Below are positions 54,401 through 64,000 of a DNA stretch of 64,000 nucleotides, piece by piece (positions within the stretch are counted from its first letter, which is position 1; every line of letters starts with the position of its first letter). The stretch is taken from assembly GCF_964355755.1 (NCBI RefSeq), contig NC_092677.1:21687175-21751174 (forward strand), written 5' to 3'. The DNA comes from Antedon mediterranea. Taxonomy: Eukaryota; Animalia; Echinodermata. The notes below the pieces were generated by a model. The model was not told the DNA's origin, did not search any database, and was given only the letters and a program-made list of their open reading frames with translations. Made by a program: the position numbers and the translations under genes.

Positions 54401-57400
54401 AACCCACTAGTGAGAGCACTCAAACTTGAGCATTACCCGCTACGCCACAAGCCAGTAGATGACTGAAGAGCTGATAATACTCTATTTATATGAAATAAAT
54501 AATAAATCAATGAAAAATAATTCCATGCAACTTTGTTTCTGATTTTAAAAAAGGTTCATTTGTTTAGGCCTGTCATTTACAACCCTCAAAATATCTCACC
54601 TTCAAAAAAAATATTTATATTCAATAAAAAAAAAAAGAAAAGAAATATCCCTAGAGGTTCGAACCCACTACTGCGAGCACTCAAACTTGAGCATTACCCG
54701 TTACGCCTCAACCCAGTAGATGACTGAAGAGCTGATAATACTCTATTTATATGAAATGAATAATAAATCAATGAAAAATAATGCCATGCAACTTTGTTTC
54801 TGATTTTAAAAAAGGTTCACTTGTTTAGGCCTGACATTTACAACCCTCAAAATATCTCACCTTCAAAAACAATATTTATTTTCAAATAAAAAAAAAGAAA
54901 AAAAATATCCCTAGAAGTTCGAACCCACTATTGAAATCACTCAAACCTGAGCATTACCCGTTCGCCGCAAACCATTTTATGACTGAAGAGCTGATAATAG
55001 TCTATTTATATGAAATGGATGATCAATCAATGAAAAATAATGCCATGCAACTTTGTTTCTGATTTTAAAAAAGGTTCATTTGTTTAGGCCTGACAGTTGC
55101 AACCCTCAAAATATCTCACTTTCAAAAACAATATTTATTTTCAATTAAAAAAAAAAGAAAAAAAAATACCCGTATAGGTTCGAACCCACTACTGAGAGCA
55201 CTCAAACCTGAGCATTACACGTTACGCCACAAACCAGTAGATGACTGAGGAGCTGATAATAGTTTATATATATGAAATGAATGATCAATCAATGAAAAAT
55301 AATGCCATGCAACTTTGTTTCTGATTGAAAAAAAGGTCCACTTGTTTAGGCCTGACATTTACAACCCTCAAAATATCTCACTTTCAAAAACAATATTTTT
55401 TTCAATTAAAAAAAAAAAGAAATAAAATATCAGTAGAGGTTCGAACCCACTAGTGAGAGCACTCAAACTTGAGCATTACCCGCTATGCCACAAACCAGTA
55501 GATGACTGAAGAGCTGATAATACTCTATTTATATGAAATAAATAATAAATCAATGAAAAATAATGCCATGTAACTTTGTTTCTGATTTTAAAAAAGATCC
55601 ATTTGTTTAGGCCTGACATTTACAACCCTAAAAAATATCTCATTTTCAAAAAAAATATTTATTTTCAATAAGAAAAAAAAAAGCAATATCCCTAGAGGTT
55701 GGAACCCGCTACTGAGAGCACTCAAACCTGGGTATTACCCGTTACGCCACAAACCAGTAGATGACTGAAGAGCTGATAATAGTCTATTTATATGAAATGA
55801 ATGATCAATCAATGAAAAATAATGCCATGCAACTTTGTTTCTGATTTTAAAAAAGGTCCACTTGTTTAGGCCTGACATTTACAACCCTCAAAATATCTCA
55901 CTTTCAAAAACAATATTTATTTTCAATTTAAAAAAAAAATCCCTAGAGGTTCGAACCCACTACTAAGAGAACTCAAACCTGAGCATTATCCGTTACGCCA
56001 CCAACCAGTAGATGACTGAGGAGCTGATAATAGTCTATTTATATGAAATGAATGATCAATCAATGAAAAATAATGCCATGCAACTTTGTTTCTGATTGAA
56101 AAAAATGTTCACTTGTTTTGGCCTGACATTTACAACCCTCAAAATATCTCACTTTCAAAAACAATATTTTTTCAATTAAAAAAAAAAAGAAATAATATAT
56201 CAGTAGAGGTTCGAACTCACTAGTGAGAGCACTCAAACTTGAGCATTACCCGTTACGCCACAAACCAGTAGATGACTCAAGAGCTGATAATACTCTATTT
56301 ATATGAAATAAATAATAAATCAATGAAAAATAATACCAGGCAACTTTGTTTCTGATTTTAAAAAAGGTTCACTTGTTTAGGCCTGTCATTTACAACCCTC
56401 AAAATATCTCACCTTCAAAAAAAATATTTATTTTCAATAAAAAAAAAAAAGAAAAGGAATATCCCTAGAGGTTCGAACCCACTACTGCGAGCACTCAAAC
56501 TTGAGCATTACCCGTTACGCCTCAAACCAGTAAATGACTGAAGAGCTGATAATACTCTATTTAAATGAAATGAATAATAAATCAATCAAAAATAATGCCA
56601 TGCAACTTTGTTTCTGATTTTATAAAAGGTTCACTTGTTTAGGCCTGACATTTACAACCCTCAAAATATCTCACCTTCAAAAACAATATTTATTTTCAAA
56701 TAAAAAAAAAAGAAAAAAAATATCCCTAGAAGTTCGAACCCACTATTGAAATCACTCAAACCTGAGCATTACCCGTTCGCCGCATACCATTTTATGACTG
56801 AAGAGCTGATAATAGTCTATTTATATGAAATGGATGATCAATCAATGAAAAATAATGCCATGCAACTTTGTTTCTGATTTTAAAAAAGGTTCACTTGTTT
56901 AGGCCTGACAGTTGCAACCCTAAAAATATCTCACTTTCAAAAACAATATTTATTTTCAATTAAAAAAAAAAGAAAAAAAAATACCCGTATAGGTTCGAAC
57001 CCACTACTGAGAGCACTCAAACCTGAGCATTACACGTTACGCCACAAACCAGTAGATGACTGAGGAGCTGATAATAGTCTATATATATGAAATGAATGAT
57101 CAATCAATGAAAAATAATGCCATGCAATTTGTTTCTGATTGAAAAAAATGTTCACTTGTTTAGGCCTGACATTTACAACCCTCAAAATATCTCACTTTCA
57201 AAAACAATATTTATTTTCAAATAAAAAAAAAAAAAAAAAAATATCCCTAGAAGTTCGAACCCACTATTGAAATCACTCAAAACTGAGCATTACCCGTTAC
57301 GCCGCAAACCAGTATATAACTGAAGAGCTGATAATAGTCTATTTATATGAAATGGATGATCAACCAATGAAAAATAATGCCATGCAACTTTGTTTCTGAT

Positions 57401-60400
57401 TTTAAAAAAGGTCCACTTGTTTAGGCCTGACATTTACAACCCTCAAAATATCTCACTTTCAAAAACAATAATTTTTCAATTAAAAAAAAAAAAGAAATAA
57501 AATATCAGTAGAGGTTCGAACCCTCTAGTGAGAGCACTCAAACTTGAGCATTACCCGCTACGCCACAAACCAGTAGATGACTGAAGAGCTGATAATACTC
57601 TATTTATATGAAATAAATAATAAATCAATGAAAAATAATGCCATGCAACTTTGTTTCTGATTTTAAAAAAAGTTCATTTGTTTAGGCCTGTCATTTACAA
57701 CCCTCAAAATATCTCACCTTCAAAAAAAATATTTATTTTCAATAAAAAAAAAGAAAGAAAAGGAATATCCCTAGAGGTTCGAACCCACTACTGCGAGCAC
57801 TCAAACCTGAGCATTACCCGTTCGCCGCAAACCATTTTATGACTGAAGAGCTGATAATAGTCTATTTATATGAAATGAATAATAAATCAATCAAAAATAA
57901 TGCCATGCAACTTTGTTTCTGATTTTAAAAAAGGTTCACTTGTTGAGGCCTGACATTTACAACCCTCAAAATATCTCACCTTCAAAAACAATATTTATTT
58001 TCAAATAAAAAAAAAAGATAAAAAAATATCCCTAGAAGTTCGAACCCACTATTGAAATCACTCAAACCTGAGCATTACCCGTTCGCCGCAAACCATTTTA
58101 TGACTAAAGAGCTGATAATAGTCTATTTAGATGAAATGGATGATCAATCAATGAAAAATAATGCCATGAAACTTTGTTTCTGATTTTAAAAAAGGTTCAC
58201 TTGTTTAGGCCTGACAGTTGCAACCCTAAAAATATCTCACTTTCAAAAACAATATTTATTTTCAAATAAAAAAAAAAAAAAAAAAAATATCCCTAGAAGT
58301 TCGAACCCACTATTGAAATCACTCAAAACTGAGCATTACCCGTTACGCCGCAAACCAGTACATAACTGAAGAGCTGATAATAGTCTATTTATATGAAATG
58401 GATGATCAACCAATGAAAAATAATGCCATGCAACTTTGTTTCTGATTGAAAAAAATGTTCACTTGTTTAGGCCTGACATTTACAACCCTCAAAATATCTC
58501 ACTTTCAAAAACAATATTTATTTTCAAATAAAAAAAAAAAAAAAAAAAATATCCCTAGAAGTTCGAACCCACTATTGAAATCACTCAAAACTGAGCATTA
58601 CCCGTTACGCCGCAAACCAGTATATAACTGAAGAGCTGATAATAGTCTATTTATATGAAATGGATGATCAACCAATGAAAAATAATGCCATGCAACTTTG
58701 TTTCTGATTTTAAAAAAGGTCCACTTGTTTAGGCCTGACATTTACAACCCTCAAAATATCTCACTTTCAAAAACAATATTTTTTCAATTAAAAAAAAAAA
58801 AGAAATAAAATATCAGTAGAGGTTCGAACCCTCTAGTGAGAGCACTCAAACTTGAGCATTACCCGCTACGCCACAAACCAGTAGATGACTGAAGAGCTGA
58901 TAATACTCTATTTATATGAAATAAATAATAAATCAATGAAAAATAATGCCATGCAACTTTGTTTCTGATTTTAAAAAAGGTTCATTTGTTTAGGCCTGTC
59001 ATTTACAACCCTCAAAATATCTCACCTTCAAAAAAAATATTTATTTTCAATAAAAAAAAAAAGAAAAGGAATATCCCTAGAGGTTCGAACCCACTACTGC
59101 GAGCACTCAAACCTGAGCATTACCCGTTACGCCTCAAACCAGTAGATGACTGAAGAGCTGATAATACTCTATTTATATGAAATTAATAATAAATCAATGA
59201 AAAATAATGCAATGCAACTTTGTTTCTGATTTTAAAAAAGGTTCACTTGTTTAGGCCTGACATTTACAACCCTCAAAATATCTCACTTTCAAAAACAATA
59301 TTTATTTTAAATAAAAAAAAAAAGAAACAAAATACCCGTAGAGGTTCGAACCCACTAGTGAGAGCACTCAAACTTGAGCATTACCCGTTACGCCACAAAC
59401 CAGTAGATGACTGAAGAGCTGACAATACTCTATTTATATGAAATAAATAATAAATCAATGAAAAATAATGCCATGCAACTTTGTTTCTGATTTTAAAAAA
59501 GGTCCACTTGTTTAGGCCTGACATTTACAACCCTCAAAATATCTCACTTTCAAAAACCATAATTATTTTCAATTTAAAAAAAAAAGAAAAAAAATATCCC
59601 TAGAGGTCCGACCCACTACTCAGAGCACTCAAACCTGAGCATTACCCGTTACGCCACAAACCAGTAGATGACTGAAAAGCTGATAATAGTCTATTTATAT
59701 GAAATGAATGATCAATCAATGAAAAATAATGCCATGCAACTTTGTTTCTGATTTAAAAAAATATCCATTTGTTTAGGCCTGACATTCACAACCCTAAAAA
59801 ATATCTCATTTTCAAAAAAAATATTTATTTTCAATAAGAAAAAAAAAAGCAATATCCCTAGAGGTTCGAACCCACTACTGCGAGAACTCAAACCTGAGCA
59901 TTACCCGTTACGCCTCAAACCAGTAGATGACTGAAGAGCTGATAATACTCTATTTATATGAAATTAATAATAAATCAATGAAAAATAATGCCATGCAACT
60001 TTGTTTCTGATTTTAAAAAAGGTCCACTTGTTTAGGCCTGACATTTACAACCCTCAAAATATCTCCCTTTAAAAAACCATATTTATTTTCAATTTAAAAA
60101 AAAAAGAAAAACAATATCCCTAGAGGTTCGACCCACTACTCAGAGCACTCAAAACTGAGCATTACCCGTTACGCCACAAACCAGTAGATGACTGAAGAGC
60201 TGATAATAGTCTATTTATATGAAATGAATGATCAATCAATGAAAAATAATGCCATGCAACTTTGTTTCTGATTTAAAAAAAGGTTCACTTGTTTAGGCCT
60301 GACATTTACAACCCTAAAAATATCTCACTTTCAAAAACAATATTTATTTTCAATTTTAAAAAAAAAATCCCTAGAGGTTCGAACCCACTACTGAGAGAAC

Positions 60401-63400
60401 TCAAACCTGAGCATTATCCGTTACGCCACCAACCAGTAGGTGACTGAGGAGCTGATAATAGTCTATTTATATGAGATAAATGATCAATCAATGAAAAATA
60501 ATGCCATGCAACTTTGTTTCTGATTTTAAAAAAGGTTCACTTGTTTTGGCCTGACATTTACAACCCTCAAAATATCTCACTTTCAAAAACAATATTTTTT
60601 CAATTAAAAAAAAAAAAGAAATAAAATATCAGTAGAGGTTTGAACCCACTAGTGAGAGCACTCAAACTTGAGCATTACCCGCTACGCCACAAACCAGTAG
60701 ATGACTGAACAGCTGATAATACTCTATTTATATGAAATAAATAATAAATCAATGAAAAATAATGCCATGCAACTTTGTTTCTGATTTTAAAAAAGGTTCA
60801 TTTGTTTAGGCCTGTCATTTACAACCCTCAAAATATCTCACCTTAAAAAAAAAATTTATTTTCAATAAAAAAAAAAAGAAAAGAAATATCCCTAGAGGTT
60901 CGAACCCACTACTGCGAGCACTCAAACTTGAGCATTACCCGTTCGCCGCAAACCATTTTATGACTGAAGAGCTGATAATAGTCTATTTATATGAAATGAA
61001 TAATAAATCAATCAAAAATAATGCCATGCAACTTTGTTTCTGATTTTAAAAAAGGTTCACTTGTTGAGGCCTGACATTTACAACCCTCAAAATATCTCAC
61101 CTTCAAAAACAATATTTATTTTCAAATAAAAAAAAAAGAAAAAAAAATATCCCTAGAAGTTCGAACCCACTATTGAAATCACTCAAACCTGAGCATTACC
61201 CGTTCGCCGCAAACCATTTTATGACTAAAGAGCTGATAATAGTCTATTTAGATGAAATGGATGATCAATCAATGAAAAATAATGCCATGAAATTTTGTTT
61301 CTGATTTTAAAAAAGGTTCACTTGTTTAGGCCTGACAGTTGCAACCCTAAAAATATCTCACTTTCAAAAACAATATTTATTTTCAATTTAAAAAAAAAGA
61401 AAAAAAAATACCCGTATAGGTTCGAACCCACTACTGAGAGCACTCAAACCTGAGCATTACACGTTACGCCACAAACCAGTAGATGACTGAGGAGCTGATA
61501 ATAGTCTATATATATGAAATGAATGATCAATCAATGAAAAATAATGCCATGCAACTTTGTTTCTGATTGAAAAAAATGTTCACTTGTTTAGGCCTGACAT
61601 TTACAACCCTCAAAATATCTCACTTTCAAAAACAATATTTATTTTCAAATAAAAAAAAAAAAAAAAAAAATATCCCTAGAAGTTCGAACCCACTATTGAA
61701 ATCACTCAAAACTGAGCATTACCCGTTACGCCGCAAACCAGTATATAACTGAAGAGCTGATAATAGTCTATTTATATGAAATGGATGATCAACCAATGAA
61801 AAATAATGCCATGCAACTTTGTTTCTGATTTTGAAAAAGGTCCACTTGTTTAGGCCTGACATTTACAACCCTCAAAATATCTCACTTTCAAAAACAATAT
61901 TTTTTCAATTAAAAAAAAAGAAAGAAATAAAATATCAGTAGAGGTTCGAACCCTCTAGTGAGAGCACTCAAACTTGAGCATTACCCGCTACGCCACAAAC
62001 CAGTAGATGACTGAAGAGCTGATAATACTCTATTTATATGAAATAAATAATAAATCAATGAAAAATAATGCCATGCAACTTTGTTTCTGATTTTAAAAAA
62101 GGTTCATTTGTTTAGGCCTGTCATTTACAACCCTCAAAATATCTCACCTTCAAAAACAATATTTATTTTCAAATAAAAAAAAAAGAAAAAAAATATCCCT
62201 AGAAGTTCGAACCCACTATTGAAATCACTCAAACCTGAGCATTACCCGTTCGCCGCAAACCATTTTATGACTGAAGAGCTGATAATAGTCTATTTATATG
62301 AAATGGATGATCAATCAATGAAAAATAATGCCATGCAACTTTGTTTCTGATTTTAAAAAAGGTTCACTTGTTTAGGCCTGACAGTTGCAACCCTAAAAAT
62401 ATCTCACTTTCAAAAACAATATTTATTTTCAATTAAAAAAAAAAGAAAAAAAAATACCCGTATAGGTTCGAACCCACTACTGAGAGCACTCAAACCTGAG
62501 CATTACACGTTACGCCACAAACCAGTAGATGACTGAGGAGCTGATAATAGTCTATATATATGAAATGAATGATCAATCAATGAAAAATAATGCCATGCAA
62601 CTTTGTTTCTGATTGAAAAAAATGTTCACTTGTTTAGGCCTGACATTTACAACCCTCAAAATATCTCACTTTCAAAAACAATATTTATTTTCAAAAAAAA
62701 AAAATTAAAAAAAAAATTTCCCTAGAAGTTCGAACCCACTATTGAAATCACTCAAAACTGAGCATTACCCGTTACGCCGCAAACCAGTAGATGACTGAAG
62801 AGCTGATAATACTCTATTTATATGAAATGAATAATAAATCAATCAAAAATAATGCCATGCAACTTTGTTTCTGATTTTAAAAAAGGTTCACTTGTTTAGG
62901 CCTGACATTTACAACCCTCAAAATATCTCACTTTCAAAAACAATATTTATTTTCAATTTAAAAAAAAAAAAAATCCCTAGAGGTTCGAACCCACTACTGA
63001 AAGCACTCAAACCTGAGCATTATCCGTTACGCCACAAACCAGTAGATGACTGCGGAGCTGATAATAGTCCATTTATATGAAATGAATGATCAATCAATGA
63101 AAAATAATGCCATGCAACTTTGTTTCTGATTTTAAAAAAGGTCCACTTGTTTAGGCCTGACATTTACAACCCTCAAAATATCTCGCTTTCAAAAACAATA
63201 TTTATTTTCAATTAAAAAAAAAGGAAAAAAAATATTCGTAGAGGTTCGAACCCACTACTGCGAGAACTCAAACCTGAGCACTACCGGTTACGCCACAAAC
63301 CAGTAGATGACTGAAGAGCTGATAACAGTCTATTTATATGAAATGAATGATCCATCAATGTAAAATGATGTTATGCAACTTTGTTTCTGATTTTTAAAAA

Positions 63401-64000
63401 AGGTCCACTTGGTTAGGCTTGACATTTAAAACCCTTAAAATATCTCACTTTCAAAAACCATATTTATTTTCAATTTAAAAAAAAAGAAAAAAAATATCCC
63501 TTGAGGTTCGACCCACTACTCAGAGCACTCAAACCTGAGCATTACTCGTTACGCCACAAACCAGTAGATGACTGAAGAGCTGGTAATAGTCTATTTATAT
63601 GAAATGAATTATCAATCAATGAAAAATAATGCCATGCAACTTTGTTTCTGATTTTAAAAAAGATCCATTTGTTTAGGCCTGACATTTACAACCCTAAAAA
63701 ATATCTCATTTTCAAAAAAAATATTTATTTTCAATAAGAAAAAAAAAAGCAATATCCCTAGAGGTTGGAACCCGCTACTGAGAGCACTCAAACCTGGGTA
63801 TTACCCGTTACGCCACAAACCAGTAGATAACTGAAGAGCTGATAATAGTCTATTTATATGAAATTAATGATCAATCAATGAAAAATAATGCCATGCAACT
63901 TTGTTTCTGATTTTAAAAAAGGTCCACTTGTTTAGGCCTGACATTTACAACCCTCAAAATATCTCACTTTCAAAAACAATATTTTTTTCAATAAAAAAAA
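39451..64000 (-). repeat. ~260-bp tandem satellite array, right arm (~94 monomers), same family and orientation
   Basis: The array resumes in register (aaaggttcacttgtttaggcc) exactly where the left arm was interrupted (tgattttaaa|) and continues to the window end. Confidence 0.98.

Noticed and set aside
696-63080. About 50 near-identical 60-71 aa ORFs (MFLILKKVHLFRPDIYNPQN...)
   Set aside because: Nearly all start at TTG inside the satellite. The poly-Lys comes from the A tract, the C-terminal frame switches with homopolymer length, and most monomers lack an open frame. There is no sign of coding constraint.
1-64000. CRISPR-like repeat/spacer array
   Set aside because: Entire 260-bp units are homologous, with no unique spacers and no cas genes. 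The tRNA-Val(AAC) and HINE features point to a eukaryote.

Overview
The window is almost entirely non-coding, AT-rich eukaryotic DNA. It is a head-to-tail satellite of about 260 bp (roughly 240 monomers), interrupted once by a ~1.55 kb insertion at 37901-39450. On the minus strand each monomer reads as a degenerate tRNA-gene-like RNA polymerase III cassette: TATAAATA at -36..-29, A box TGGCGTAACGG, B box GGTTCGAACC/GGTTCGATCC at tRNA spacing, then a long T tract. Monomers fall into more than 10 recognisable subtypes that recur in conserved order, with many recent block duplications. The insertion has the terminal architecture of a non-autonomous Helentron (HINE/DINE-1-like). It is compound, with decayed internal copies of both ends, and carries four degenerate tRNA-Val(AAC) copies in the same orientation as the host satellite cassettes and at similar spacing. 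None of the listed ORFs is a credible gene. The organism cannot be identified from this window; an invertebrate animal is plausible but is inference only.
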